A DNA stretch of 64,000 nucleotides from Candidatus Gottesmanbacteria bacterium (GCA_023245355.1 JAHFKN010000001.1:203528-267527); one strand, 5' to 3'; numbered from the stretch's first letter, positions 47,476 through 58,772 are shown. Translations and numbers: made by a program. Notes: generated by a model from the letters alone, not told the origin.

Positions 47476-47736
47476 TTACAATCTCTGCTGCGGCCGCACA
47501 TACACCACTTCGTGTCCCATGAACACGTGGTCCATACCAGTGTTTTCCGCTATACGGAATTTTATCCTGTCGCGTATGGAGCGGACTTCGCCTTCAAAAA
47601 ATACCCGCTCACACTTGGAACAGTACAGCCTGGTAAGTGCCGGACCTTCTTTTTTCGGCGCGTATAGCACGGTTTGAAACACTTCATGGTAAAGTTTTTC
47701 TTCCGGCTGCCAGCGTAATGGTCTGTGTGCGCGCAT
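47476..47736 (-). CDS. Small hypothetical protein (CxxC)
   Basis: ATG 47736 is preceded by TTGACA-N16-TACAAT on the minus strand. Confidence 0.5.
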   Translation of the reverse strand: MRAHRPLRWQPEEKLYHEVFQTVLYAPKKEGPALTRLYCSKCERVFFEGEVRSIRDRIKFRIAENTGMDHVFMGHEVVYVRPQQRL

Positions 47737-47783
47737 TTCCACGCATTGTACGCCGCAGCCGCATGTTGTCAATCATGCAAGTG

Positions 47784-48449
47784 TTATAACGTGGGAGTTG
47801 CAGAGGGGGTGGAAGTCGGTCCTTTGGGCGTATGGGTGGGAGGCAGCGGGCATTCCCCGCTCCATAGCCCTCTCTTTTCCGCCACGGCCAGGCGCTGTGC
47901 TTCTACAAAAAGGGCCTGATACTTCACATCCGGCGGATACGTACTCACCTGGGCATATCCTTCACGCACCAGTGCTTCGTTTATCATCGTGTCACCGATC
48001 CAGACAAACCGCAGCAGCCGGCCGTATTTATCGCGCGCTGATACGTCTTTTTCCAGTTCTACCCGTTTGCCTTGTACAAGTTCTTTGTTTTTTGCCGAGG
48101 CTTCCTTGCCGTAACATTCGACGGGTCGGTTCGGTGCCACCGTTTCGGGGGTATTGACGCCGATATAGCGCACGATCTCTCCTCCCTCTATTTTGATCGT
48201 GTCGCCGTCTACGACACTTACGACCGTCGCAAATACCCCTCCGTGAGTGGCTGCCGGTGTCGCAGACGGACTAGCCACAGCAACCCCGGGCGTCGGCGTA
48301 TTCTGCTGAGTTGTACCGGGTTGCAGCGGATAGTACTGCGAAAACAGGGTGTATGCGGCTCCCGCCAACAGAAGAATAATCGCGCTAATCTGTACGGCCC
48401 GTTTTTTCCCGGTAAACGGGCTAAATAGTGTAACGAGGGTATTTTTCAT
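47784..48449 (-). CDS. Thermonuclease (SNase) family protein
   Basis: VVDGDT, RYIGVNTPE, RDKYGRLL, RGLW. Confidence 0.92.
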   Translation of the reverse strand: MKNTLVTLFSPFTGKKRAVQISAIILLLAGAAYTLFSQYYPLQPGTTQQNTPTPGVAVASPSATPAATHGGVFATVVSVVDGDTIKIEGGEIVRYIGVNTPETVAPNRPVECYGKEASAKNKELVQGKRVELEKDVSARDKYGRLLRFVWIGDTMINEALVREGYAQVSTYPPDVKYQALFVEAQRLAVAEKRGLWSGECPLPPTHTPKGPTSTPSATPTL

Positions 48450-48510
48450 AACGCTACTTTACGCATTATATGACGATTAGGGAAGCAACTTCAAAAAAGG
48501 GGCGTGCAGC

Positions 48511-48587
48511 TGGTGGACCCGAGAGGACTTGAACCTCTGACCTTTTCAATGTCAATGAAACGCTCTAGCCAGCTGAGCTACGGGTCC
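48511..48587 (-). tRNA. tRNA-Val(GAC)
   Basis: Reverse complement GGACCCGTAGCTCAGCTGGCTAGAGCG-TTTCA-TTGACAT-TGAAA...GGTTCAAGTCC...CGGGTCCACCA. Confidence 0.95.
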
Positions 48588-48663
48588 CTGGAAAACTTAG
48601 TTATTATACCTTCTTTTCCCCCGCTTGACCACCTACATACAGTACACTACACTAAAAATACGT

Positions 48664-49227
48664 ATGTTTAAATTGTTGGGAAAAGCCCTGGCGGCTCTCT
48701 TTGATTTTCTGCAGGGAATCGTCGCTATTGCAGCGGTTATGGTCATGGTATATCTGTTCATTATGTCTCCGCAGGAAGTCAGCGGACATTCCATGGAACC
48801 CAATTTCCAGAACGGCGACTATATCCTGACCAACAAAATTGTCTACAAGATGAAAGACCCGCAGCGCGGAGATATCGTCATCTTCAAATCCCCCTCTAAC
48901 AAAGATGTCGACTATATCAAACGCGTCATCGGGCTGCCGGGAGAAACGGTGATGCTGAGCAAACAGAAATTTTACATCAACGGCAAGCTGCTCGAAGAAC
49001 GGTATGACTACAACAAGCCGGTCTACGGAGAATCGTTCATGCAGGAAGATGAAGTTATAGAAGTCCCCCCGGATCATTATTTCGTCGTCGGTGACAACCG
49101 TCCGGGAAGTTCCGACTCGCGGGAGTTCGGAACCGTGTCCAAATACGACTTTATCGGACAGGCATTTCTGCGATATTGGCCGACCAAATCGTTCGGCGTT
49201 CTCCCTCACCCCACGTACGATTTCTAA
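48664..49227 (+). CDS. lepB: Signal peptidase I
   Basis: SGHSMEP, YIKRVIGLPGE, GDNR..S.DSR. Confidence 0.95.
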   Translation: MFKLLGKALAALFDFLQGIVAIAAVMVMVYLFIMSPQEVSGHSMEPNFQNGDYILTNKIVYKMKDPQRGDIVIFKSPSNKDVDYIKRVIGLPGETVMLSKQKFYINGKLLEERYDYNKPVYGESFMQEDEVIEVPPDHYFVVGDNRPGSSDSREFGTVSKYDFIGQAFLRYWPTKSFGVLPHPTYDF

Positions 49228-49307
49228 ACCGCATCACTGCATTTTTGCTGTTTATCCCGTGATACACCGTATAACGTAAATGTAACCGGGAGGTTCTACG
49301 GAGAAAG

Positions 49308-50123
49308 TTATTTCTTTCCTGCGAGCTGTTCGTGCACGTGTTTGAGGGCCTGGCTGGTCGTTTCCAGATTTCCCCGGATGACAAATACCAGACGTGCTTC
49401 TACTTTGGACTGCGTGATTTTTACCAGACCGTTGACGGACTGTGCCAGGTCTTTGGCAATCGCATCCAACTCATCGGAGTGGATCCGTTCTATCTTGTGA
49501 GCCGGCTGCTGGTCGGAATTTGCTTTCAAACGGCGTGCCAGATCTTCTGCCCTGCGCACCGATGCGCTTTCTGACAATATCGTTTTGTACGCATCGACCA
49601 TCAGTTTCACGTCGTTAAGGCCCGCAATGGCCCGTGCATGCCCTTCACTGATCGCGCCGGATACCAATCCGTCTTTGATAGCGTCAGGGAGAGCAAGCAA
49701 GCGCATGGTGTTGGACACATAGGATTCGCTTTTTCCTATCCGTTTGGCAATCATGGTGACTGCCAGACCGAATTCTTCAATCAGACGCTGGAATGCGAGT
49801 GCGCGGTCGATAGGGTTTAGGTCTACGCGTTGTACGTTTTCGACAAGCGCCATTTCCAACATTCCTTTGGCGGACGTTTCTTTGATGATGACGGGAACCG
49901 TCGTAAGTCCTGCAACTTTGGATGCTCTCCAGCGCCGTTCTCCGGCGATAATCTGATATCCTGCGGGCGTTTTGGCGATGACGAGTGGCTCGATAATGCC
50001 GTGTTCTTTGATGGAATCGACCAGGTCAGCCAGTTGCTCGGGATTGATCATACCCCGCGGTTGCAGCGGGTTGGGTTGCAGAAGATCCAAATCTAAATGC
50101 AGAATCTGTTGGGTATCAGCCAT
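49308..50123 (-). CDS. parB: ParB/Spo0J partition protein
   Basis: PNPLQPR, IIAGERRWRA, ENVQRVDLN. Confidence 0.93.
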   Translation of the reverse strand: MADTQQILHLDLDLLQPNPLQPRGMINPEQLADLVDSIKEHGIIEPLVIAKTPAGYQIIAGERRWRASKVAGLTTVPVIIKETSAKGMLEMALVENVQRVDLNPIDRALAFQRLIEEFGLAVTMIAKRIGKSESYVSNTMRLLALPDAIKDGLVSGAISEGHARAIAGLNDVKLMVDAYKTILSESASVRRAEDLARRLKANSDQQPAHKIERIHSDELDAIAKDLAQSVNGLVKITQSKVEARLVFVIRGNLETTSQALKHVHEQLAGKK

Positions 50124-50384
50124 TTATTTTTCGTTCGAGGGCAAGACCGAGACGTACCGTTTACCGCGTTTCGTGATAAAAGCTACTACTCCGGCTGCTG
50201 TTGCGAATATAGTGAAATCCTTGCCCATATCCACACCGGTTCCCGGATAAAACTTCGATCCTTTTTGCCGTACGATGACATTGCCGGCAATGGCGCGTTG
50301 TCCGCCGTAGATTTTCACTCCCAACCGTTTCGATACGGAATCTTTATTTCCTTTTGCTGTACCGCCTGCTTTTACGTGTGCCAT
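50124..50384 (-). CDS. rpmA: 50S ribosomal protein L27
   Basis: MAHVKAGG...KRLGVK...IVRQKG. Confidence 0.97.
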   Translation of the reverse strand: MAHVKAGGTAKGNKDSVSKRLGVKIYGGQRAIAGNVIVRQKGSKFYPGTGVDMGKDFTIFATAAGVVAFITKRGKRYVSVLPSNEK

Positions 50385-50386
50385 AA

Positions 50387-51541
50387 TTAGTTCTTTTGAA
50401 AAATATAAAATTCTCTTCGTACGACCGCTTGCGGGCGACCATACTCTATAGGTCCAGTGAGGAGAGTATATCCGAGGCTTTCACATCTGTCAACAACTTT
50501 TTTCACGCGGAGTACTCTGCCGTTTGCCATATACGATGGCATTGCCATGACAATCCGCGCGCCGGGTTTGAGCAAATGTGCCCATTCACGGAGCGATCCG
50601 ATATACAACTTTTCCAGTCCTTTGAGAATATTTTTTACCCGTTCGGGCGTTAAACCGGCGGCATCTTTGCTGTCTACCGGCTCCCCCATGAACGGCTCGG
50701 TCGCAATAGCGTCGATACTTCCGGGAGTCAGATGGGTACCAAGATGCGTCGCGTCAGAAACGAAGACGTTAGCATACAGCGGAGTTGCAGACGGATATGT
50801 ATGACGCAGCCATTCCAGATTTTTTTTGGCATGCGCGACCGCAGTTTCGGAAATATCGCTCCCGACGGTATTTGCCCCGCGCAGAAGCGCTTCCGCAAGA
50901 ATTGTTCCGACACCGCAATACGGATCCAGCAGCATGGGATGGTGATCCGGGGCCAGAGAGCCGCCGGAAAGAGCCACGTTTACAATCATGCGGGCTACTT
51001 TCGGGGGCAGCATACCCGCTTTGGGGTCCGGCTCCGGGCGTCCGAAATCCCGCGTGTTCCAATCTTCGAAATCCTGCACCGCACGGGTAACACCTACCAG
51101 ATATCCCGTTTCCGTACCGATTACGATCAACTCCGTAATCTGCTGTTTGGACACGACGACGCTGGAAAGCGTCTCATGCTGCTTCGTTTCTACATAGCGG
51201 GCCGAAATTCCGCGTGCGGCAAGCTGTTTTTTGAACACTGCCAATACGGATGTGCCCATATGCGCTTTTCCGTACGTGCTGATACCAAACGTCAGATGCC
51301 CGTTTTCTGCATGATGTTCCAGTTCGGTAAGAAGCGCGTCCGTATCCAGTTCCGGCATGGTACCGGTAATTTCCACGATTTTTACCGTGCCGCCCAGCAG
51401 ATGAATCATTTCGCTAGCGTCCACGGCCTTTGTGACCATAGCAACGCTATCCAGGATTCTCGTGGCCTCAGGATAAAAAGATTGGAGTTCTAGGAAAGAG
51501 AGGTGTGGAGTTCGTCCGAATATAAAAACGGTTTGTTTCAT
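50387..51541 (-). CDS. Trm11-like RNA methyltransferase
   Basis: [30 protein letters not shown]. Confidence 0.75.
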   Translation of the reverse strand: MKQTVFIFGRTPHLSFLELQSFYPEATRILDSVAMVTKAVDASEMIHLLGGTVKIVEITGTMPELDTDALLTELEHHAENGHLTFGISTYGKAHMGTSVLAVFKKQLAARGISARYVETKQHETLSSVVVSKQQITELIVIGTETGYLVGVTRAVQDFEDWNTRDFGRPEPDPKAGMLPPKVARMIVNVALSGGSLAPDHHPMLLDPYCGVGTILAEALLRGANTVGSDISETAVAHAKKNLEWLRHTYPSATPLYANVFVSDATHLGTHLTPGSIDAIATEPFMGEPVDSKDAAGLTPERVKNILKGLEKLYIGSLREWAHLLKPGARIVMAMPSYMANGRVLRVKKVVDRCESLGYTLLTGPIEYGRPQAVVRREFYIFQKN

Positions 51542-51544
51542 GCC

Positions 51545-51853
51545 TCAGGCAACCGTCAGGATCTCCAGGCGGGTAAGTTGTGCTCTGAATCCTTTTGCCC
51601 GTCGGTAGTTTACCTTGGATTTAAAGCGGTGAATATCGATCTTATCGCCTTTTTCCTGCGCGAGGATCTTGGCGGTCACTTTGTGGCCCTTCACGACCGG
51701 CTTACCTACTTCCGGCTTTTTTTCACCGGAAACGAGCAGGATATCTGCTAATTCGACCGTATCCCCAACGGCGCCGTCCATCTTATCGACGACGATGACG
51801 TCTTTGGCGGATACTTTGAACTGTTTGTTACCGACTCGTACTACAGCGAACAT
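51545..51853 (-). CDS. rplU: 50S ribosomal protein L21
   Basis: MFAVVRVGNKQFKV...YRRAKGFRAQLT. Confidence 0.96.
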   Translation of the reverse strand: MFAVVRVGNKQFKVSAKDVIVVDKMDGAVGDTVELADILLVSGEKKPEVGKPVVKGHKVTAKILAQEKGDKIDIHRFKSKVNYRRAKGFRAQLTRLEILTVA

Positions 51854-51877
51854 AGGCTCATATTATATCGCTACTGA

Positions 51878-52984
51878 CTACCCAATTGCAATGCTTCCTT
51901 CGTCCCGGGCGTTTCTCCGTAATGCCAGAAGCAGCCCGAACGCCACACACAACGACAATATGGAGCTCCCGCCGTAGGAGACAAACGGCAGCGTAATCCC
52001 GGTCACCGGGATAATCCCCATATTCATACCGGCGTTTATGACCACCTGTGTGATAAGCACGCCGAACAGCCCGATCGTATAAAAAAACACAAACGGACTC
52101 CCGATCGACCCGCGTAAATACGGGCGCAACAGTTGCCATAGGAGCACACCGTACAACAGAAGCAGCAGCAGTCCGCCGAAAAATCCAAGCTCCTCAACCA
52201 GGGTCGCAAATATGAAGTCCGTGTGATATTCCGGCAGAAACCGCAGATGACTTTGCGTCCCCATACCCAATCCCCGTCCGAACAGTTGCCCGCTTCCGAC
52301 GGCTATCATAGCCTGCAGCGCATTATAGCCGGCTCCCTGCGGATCTATGGCAGGATTCAGAAAGGTAAATATACGCGACTTCTGATAATCCGCCAGCGCA
52401 TGCCAAAATACCGGGAATCCCAATGTGCCGATGACTCCTCCGAGCGCAAAAAGGATAAGTGGGAACCCTCCTGCAACCATCATAGCAAGCCATGACGCCG
52501 CATAGACGATAGAGGTACCCAAATCCGGCTGACGAAATACCAGAAGGAACGGCACGGCAAACAATCCGACATGAACCGCCAGCCAACGGAAAGAACGCGG
52601 CGTGTAGGTCGCTGCTGCACGGGCAAACGCTAAGATCAGTAATGGTTTAACAATCTCCGACGGTTGCAGCTGCGCTCCTAAAATGAATATCCACCGGGAC
52701 GAGCCTCTGATAGGTTCACCGAAATAGGAAGCGATCAAAAGCAGGATAGACAACACATATCCGTACGGCGCAAACCACCACAATATGATTGCATCCAGTC
52801 CGGAAAAAAACCAAATGATTGCGCTTCCGATAAGCAGGAAGAGAAGCTGCTGCCAAAACAGAGAAGCATTCGTCGTAAGCAGCACAAACAGTCCTACCAA
52901 TCCCAACAGCAGAAGGGGCAAAAAAATCACCCAGTCTGTTTGGTGCTCTTTCCCGCGGTAACTATGTCCGTAAGGGTACCCCAT
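51878..52984 (-). CDS. rodA: Rod shape-determining protein RodA (SEDS)
   Basis: QPSE, QPDLGT, GYNALQAMIAVGSG, FLPEYHTDFIF, LPFVSYGGSS. Confidence 0.92.
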   Translation of the reverse strand: MGYPYGHSYRGKEHQTDWVIFLPLLLLGLVGLFVLLTTNASLFWQQLLFLLIGSAIIWFFSGLDAIILWWFAPYGYVLSILLLIASYFGEPIRGSSRWIFILGAQLQPSEIVKPLLILAFARAAATYTPRSFRWLAVHVGLFAVPFLLVFRQPDLGTSIVYAASWLAMMVAGGFPLILFALGGVIGTLGFPVFWHALADYQKSRIFTFLNPAIDPQGAGYNALQAMIAVGSGQLFGRGLGMGTQSHLRFLPEYHTDFIFATLVEELGFFGGLLLLLLYGVLLWQLLRPYLRGSIGSPFVFFYTIGLFGVLITQVVINAGMNMGIIPVTGITLPFVSYGGSSILSLCVAFGLLLALRRNARDEGSIAIG

Positions 52985-55794
52985 GTGATCGAATCCGCAA
53001 GCGTTTCCCGCTGTATGTCGGGAAGCAGTGCTTCCAGACTTGTTTTATACGTTTCGGGCAACACGAGAGTCACCCGCTCATCTATTCTACAGCCTTTTTC
53101 TTTCCGAAGCATTTGGATTTCGCGGATAAGCTTGCGCGCATCGCCTTTCGCTTTCAGTTCCGGCGTAATATCCGTATCAAATTCGATATACATTTCTTTA
53201 TCGGTTTTGGTAATCGTTTCCTCTACGACGTTCAACTCGTTGCCTAATACACGCAGCCAATCAGAAGACATTTCAGGATGCTCGGATACGTATACCGTCA
53301 CTTTTTGCAGCGGCTGGCGGACCGGAATACCCAGTTCCTTGCGTTTGGCGTGTCCGGCCTCGACTACTTTCCGGACAAATGCCATGCGCGCTTCCAGCTC
53401 GTCATCGACGAGGCTTTCATCTGCCTTCGGCCAATCAGCCAAATGTACGGATTCCTCGCCTGTCAGGTTTCTGTATATCTCCTCAGTGATAAACGGGATA
53501 AGCGGGGCAAGTGCTTTGGTATATTCGGTTAATACCGTCCACAATGTCTGATATGCTTCGTTTTTGTCGTCGCCCGCCGATGCACTGGGACCTACGCGGT
53601 CGCGGATACGGCGCACATACCACTGCGACAGATCGCGCATGAAATTCCACGCCTCACCCACGATCTCCGGCGTATCGTATGCTTCATACCCGTTGACTGT
53701 CATATTTCCTATACTGCGGTGCATTTTCGACAGGATCCATTTATCCATGAGGTGATTCGGTTTTGTGACAACTGTTGCCGGCTGCCACTCATCGATACTC
53801 GCATACGTCACGAAAAAGTTATAGACGTTCCAAAGCAGGAGCAGCGTGCCCCGTACCTGATTACGGTAATCAATCTCCGATATGCGGATATCTTCTCCGT
53901 GCATGACGGGAGTTCCCAGCAAATACAGACGCAATGCGTCTCCGCCGTATTTTTTCAGCATTTCTTTGGGATCCGGATAGTTTCCGTAATTTTTACTCAT
54001 CTTGCGTCCGTCCGTTCCCAAAATTACTCCCGTGACCACGACGTTTTTAAACGCCGGACGGTCATAGAGAGCGGTAGAGATGACATGCAGCACATAAAAC
54101 CACGCGCGGATCTGCCCCGTGTACTCCACAATGAAATCCGGCGGGAAAAACTCGTCGAGTTTCATGGTTGTATCAAACGGAAAATGACGCTCGGCAAACG
54201 ACGCGCTTCCCGCTTCTATCCAGCTGTCCAGCACTTCCGGTACGCGGACTGATGTCTTGCCGCATTCACGGCATGGCACTGTCACATCATCGATTTCCGG
54301 TTTATGCAGGTCGGTAATTTTTTTACCCGATGCTTGTTCCAGTTCCGCTATCGAACCCGCGACAAACCTGTGTCCGTCGGGACATTCCCATACCGGAACC
54401 GGACTTCCCCAATACCGGCTGCGCGAAATACACCAATCCGGTGCGTTTTCCAGACTCTTTAGGTATCTGCCGAGTTTGAAATGGTCCGGATACCAATGCA
54501 CTGACTCGTTGGTCGCTTTCATGCGTTCTTTGAGTCCCTGCACGTTCACATACCATGCATTTTGCGGCGCGTAGTACAGACGGGTATGGCAACGCCAGCA
54601 GGTAGGTACGGCATGCGTATACTGGTCCACGCGGTACACGAGTCCCCGCTTTTCCAGATCTTCCAGTACCATAGGATTTGCATCCAGATAAAACGTACCG
54701 GCATAGCCCGTCACTTCCGGCTTCATCACGCCCTCTTCGTCCACATGTAACACTAGCTGCACGTTTTCTTTCTGCATCACCGCCAAATCTTCTTCTCCGT
54801 AGGCTGCTATCGTGACGATTCCCGTTCCCTCATCGGCTGTGACAAACTCGCCGGGGATCACGACATGCGCATTTTTCCCCTGTTCTACGTTGTAATACGT
54901 GAAGTGCGGCACAAACGTCTTGCCGACCAGTGCACTCCCCGGAAATTCCTCCAGAATCGTGTATGGATCTGCCGTAAGCATGGCCAGCGTCGTTTTGGCG
55001 AGAATATATTTCTTGCCGTTTTGTTCTACTTTGACGTAGGTGAGCGTAGGGTGCACGGCGAGCGCCGGAGTCGCAAGCTTGTTCCACGGCGTCGTCGACC
55101 ATGCCAAAAGATAGGTATCATTTTCATCGGTAAGCTGATATTTGTATACGGCTGTCGCTTCCGTCACTTCCTTGTAATTGTCCGGATCCATCGCGACTTC
55201 GAAATTGGATATCGGCGTGACGCAGTGCGGGCAATACAGTGACACGCGCATACCTTTGTAAATCAGCTGTTTTTCGTACATTTGCTTAAACACCCACATC
55301 ACCGATTCCATATACGGCGTGTCCATCGTTTTGTATGCATGCTGGAAATCCACCCAGCGGGCAATATGGTCCACATACCATTCCCATTCCCCGGAAACGT
55401 TCTGCACATAGGCTTTGCACTCATCGATAAAGCGCTTGATGCCGACTTTTTCCTCGATGTCTTTTTTGCGCTTAATACCGAGCTTCGTTTCTACTTTGTT
55501 TTCTGCCGGCAATCCGTGACAATCCCAACCCCATACCCGGCGCACGCGGTACCCTTTCATCGTCCAGTACCGGGGGAATAAATCTTTGGGAATGCTGGAC
55601 AACAAGCTACCGTAATGCGGCAGACCTGTGATAAACGGCGGGCCGTCCAAAAACGTCCAGGTCTTGTTTTCCGGACGCATGGAGACGGATTTTTCAAAAA
55701 TCTTTTGTGTTTTCCAGTACGCGAGAATCTCCTCCTCCAGTTCGGGGAAGTTGATATTCGGTTTCACCGCGCTGAATGTATGTGTTTTTGCCAT
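52927..55794 (-). CDS. ileS: Isoleucine--tRNA ligase (type 2)
   Basis: DGPPF...PHYGS, GWDCHGLP, WSTTPW, DWCISRSRYWG, KMSKN; start after the T-box terminator. Confidence 0.96.
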   Translation of the reverse strand: MAKTHTFSAVKPNINFPELEEEILAYWKTQKIFEKSVSMRPENKTWTFLDGPPFITGLPHYGSLLSSIPKDLFPRYWTMKGYRVRRVWGWDCHGLPAENKVETKLGIKRKKDIEEKVGIKRFIDECKAYVQNVSGEWEWYVDHIARWVDFQHAYKTMDTPYMESVMWVFKQMYEKQLIYKGMRVSLYCPHCVTPISNFEVAMDPDNYKEVTEATAVYKYQLTDENDTYLLAWSTTPWNKLATPALAVHPTLTYVKVEQNGKKYILAKTTLAMLTADPYTILEEFPGSALVGKTFVPHFTYYNVEQGKNAHVVIPGEFVTADEGTGIVTIAAYGEEDLAVMQKENVQLVLHVDEEGVMKPEVTGYAGTFYLDANPMVLEDLEKRGLVYRVDQYTHAVPTCWRCHTRLYYAPQNAWYVNVQGLKERMKATNESVHWYPDHFKLGRYLKSLENAPDWCISRSRYWGSPVPVWECPDGHRFVAGSIAELEQASGKKITDLHKPEIDDVTVPCRECGKTSVRVPEVLDSWIEAGSASFAERHFPFDTTMKLDEFFPPDFIVEYTGQIRAWFYVLHVISTALYDRPAFKNVVVTGVILGTDGRKMSKNYGNYPDPKEMLKKYGGDALRLYLLGTPVMHGEDIRISEIDYRNQVRGTLLLLWNVYNFFVTYASIDEWQPATVVTKPNHLMDKWILSKMHRSIGNMTVNGYEAYDTPEIVGEAWNFMRDLSQWYVRRIRDRVGPSASAGDDKNEAYQTLWTVLTEYTKALAPLIPFITEEIYRNLTGEESVHLADWPKADESLVDDELEARMAFVRKVVEAGHAKRKELGIPVRQPLQKVTVYVSEHPEMSSDWLRVLGNELNVVEETITKTDKEMYIEFDTDITPELKAKGDARKLIREIQMLRKEKGCRIDERVTLVLPETYKTSLEALLPDIQRETLADSITWGTLTDIVTAGKSTKQTG

Positions 55795-55995
55795 AAAAAA
55801 ACCGTTCTCCATTTCAGTATATACCGAAAGGACGAACGGATGTTCGTGGTACCACCTTCGTTGCTTCTTGATTACTGCTGTTACGGGCTTACCCGGGGAA
55901 TTCTACTCTCCTTGCTTAGGATTTCTTTTCCCAGCCTGTTCCGATTCTATCGGAACCTCCCCGCTGATAACGGGGTTTTACGACGCTTCTACAAA
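55795..55995 (-). ncRNA. Isoleucine T-box riboswitch (transcriptional, ultrashort Stem I)
   Basis: Minus strand: CCCCGT-TATCA-GCGGGG (AUC specifier), Stem II with GAA/AGUA, GCCCGTAAC, T-box AACGAAGGTGGTACCACG, terminator ending GAACGGTTTTTT. Confidence 0.85.
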
Positions 55996-56088
55996 CAGTA
56001 GTATACCACAATGCTCTGACACGGGGATATCTGAAGCACAAAGAATTTATTGACATAAATCATCTATTATCCCTATACTACGCGCCGT

Positions 56089-56415
56089 ATGGGATACCGA
56101 AGTGTTGCAAAATGGGAAATAGACATAACCGGCGTACAGAACGCCGGAGGCTGGAGAGAATTTTTCGGGGTGAACCATTTGTCAGAAGAATTCGGGATAA
56201 AATTCCGCGGCCGCGAAATCCGGTTTACCGTCCGTACGTCGGATCTTATGACATTAACCGAAATTGAGCATATTCTTCCGTCGCTTGCCCGGGCCAGATA
56301 CCGGTACCATCACCGGTACGGAACCGGAAACGAATACAACAGGGATACGGAAGATATCGATCTTTCGGAACGGTTGGAAAACTTCGGTGTCCGTTTGCCC
56401 GGCTGGCTGCGGTGA
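56089..56415 (+). CDS. Hypothetical protein
   Basis: Preceded by TTGACA-N17-TATACT; probably near-leaderless. Confidence 0.55.
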   Translation: MGYRSVAKWEIDITGVQNAGGWREFFGVNHLSEEFGIKFRGREIRFTVRTSDLMTLTEIEHILPSLARARYRYHHRYGTGNEYNRDTEDIDLSERLENFGVRLPGWLR

Positions 56416-56626
56416 CACGTACCTAATGGGTATGTATCCGTTTTCCTGTCCGCTTGATGTGTTTTTTCTCCACTTCCGGCTTTCTGATGATACGTTGAGG
56501 GCGCTCCCGTTCCGGTGCGCGTATTTCGATACGCGTATCAGTTTTCTGATGGTTTTTTTGAAATTCGACGCTCATCGATAAAATAATTTCATTTCCCCCA
56601 CCGGAGCAGTAGTAGCGGAGAAACAA

Positions 56627-56956
56627 TTATTGATTTAATGAATTCAGAAACCCGCTGACAATAGCTAGTACAATAGCTGCAAAGAGTGCCGTGCCGAAAC
56701 CGTCTACTTTAAATCCCGGCACGAGGCTGCTGGTCATAAGTATCAATAGAGCGTTTATAACAAGGGTAAATAATCCTAAGGTCAGAATATTTATCGGGAG
56801 CGTCAGAATGAGAAGTATAGGCTTGATCACGACGGACAGTATTCCCCATACAATGGCAATCACCAGAAGCGCCGGCCACCCGCTGATCGTAATACCGGGG
56901 ATCAGGTACGCGGTGACATAAAAAGCAGCCGCATTGATCAGTAACTGCATGAACAT
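56627..56956 (-). CDS. YvlD-like 4-TM membrane protein (phage holin family 4)
   Basis: IKPILLILTLPINILTLGLFTLVINA. Confidence 0.88.
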   Translation of the reverse strand: MFMQLLINAAAFYVTAYLIPGITISGWPALLVIAIVWGILSVVIKPILLILTLPINILTLGLFTLVINALLILMTSSLVPGFKVDGFGTALFAAIVLAIVSGFLNSLNQ

Positions 56957-57002
56957 ACTAGTAGTATATACACGTCTCTACCAATAAATACAATCTACCC
57001 AA

Positions 57003-57185
57003 TTATTTCTTTTGCCAAACGTACCCCGCTACTGCAAACAGCAGTATGCCAAACACTGTGTGCACCGTATGATAAGGGGGCAAACCGATCGACTCATGAT
57101 TTAACGGGAACGGCGCGGTGTGAAAAAGTGCAAAATACACCCCGAGCAGGACAAGAATAGATACTGTGATTGTTTTTTTATTCAT
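57003..57185 (-). CDS. Small two-TM His-containing membrane protein
   Basis: MNKKTITVSILVLLGVYFALFH...HTVHTVFGILL. Confidence 0.55.
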   Translation of the reverse strand: MNKKTITVSILVLLGVYFALFHTAPFPLNHESIGLPPYHTVHTVFGILLFAVAGYVWQKK

Positions 57186-57313
57186 ATAACTCCCATCTTG
57201 TTTCAGTATAAGGAATGCGTCGTACAACTGCAATCGACCCTGAACCCCCCCCAGTAGCCGCGAAGAAGGGAAAGGAACCATTTTCCCCTCCCTTACTTCA
57301 CCATAATCGACGT

Positions 57314-57917
<604 letters not shown>

Positions 57918-57965
57918 CATGTCAAATATTTGGTATTTTTCGGCGGGGTAGACACCTTAACCGAA

Positions 57966-58673
57966 TTATTTGTGTACCAACTGCCCAAGAATTAAATTCG
58001 TGCCCTTTCCGCTTGGACCACGCAGATGCCAGACGTTCCATCCTAATGCGGCCATGCGGTCTTCTATATCCGGCATTCCTATTACTCCTCTCGATCTTGT
58101 TCCGCGGAATATTGCGCCCGGTTTGGCTATCCGCGTAAGCTCAGCGACCGCGGAATCGACATTTCCGTATTTTCCGATGCCCATATCCGAAAGAAACGCG
58201 TTCACCGTATTATCGCCTAATTTAAAATGTCGCCAATCTTCCTGCCGGAACTGCAGATTCTTTTCATTATGTTTGGGAAACGGTATCTCTTTTCCTAATT
58301 CGTAATCGACAGCCAATATCTGAGTTCTCCTGTTTGCCCGTGCCATTCCCAATGCAGCACTGCCGCCTCCACACCCCAAATCCATCAGTGTCGTATTTGG
58401 TTTAAAAAATTCCCGGATTCCTAGCAACGGTGTGTTCCTTGTAACAAGTTCTGAATGACTTGCATCTGGATCAAAAGCTGTGTCTGCAGGAGTATGCCAA
58501 TATTGAAACTCTTTCCAATTCTTCTGGTGTGAAAGTCGTTTTAATAACGCGAACGGGGATAATGCCTGCACATCATCAAAGAACAATCGATGTTTATACG
58601 TGTCCCACGACCTGCTCCAAATCTCTATCCCTTCATGACTTTGACCTATCGCGCCTTGTGCTTCTGATACCAT
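57966..58673 (-). CDS. Class I SAM-dependent methyltransferase
   Basis: LMDLGCGGG, ILAVD, ELTRIAKPG. Confidence 0.75.
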   Translation of the reverse strand: MVSEAQGAIGQSHEGIEIWSRSWDTYKHRLFFDDVQALSPFALLKRLSHQKNWKEFQYWHTPADTAFDPDASHSELVTRNTPLLGIREFFKPNTTLMDLGCGGGSAALGMARANRRTQILAVDYELGKEIPFPKHNEKNLQFRQEDWRHFKLGDNTVNAFLSDMGIGKYGNVDSAVAELTRIAKPGAIFRGTRSRGVIGMPDIEDRMAALGWNVWHLRGPSGKGTNLILGQLVHK

Positions 58674-58772
58674 AGGACAAAGATATCAATAACGAACCGT
58701 TCCGTCTATTGCCCCTTTAACACTAGAGAAGCTAGCTAAATGAATCATGTGTAAATCGAAGCTAACTTGCCC

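Noticed and set aside
56627-56956. Phage holin family gene as a second prophage
   Set aside because: This YvlD-type membrane protein is common on chromosomes and has no phage neighbours here.
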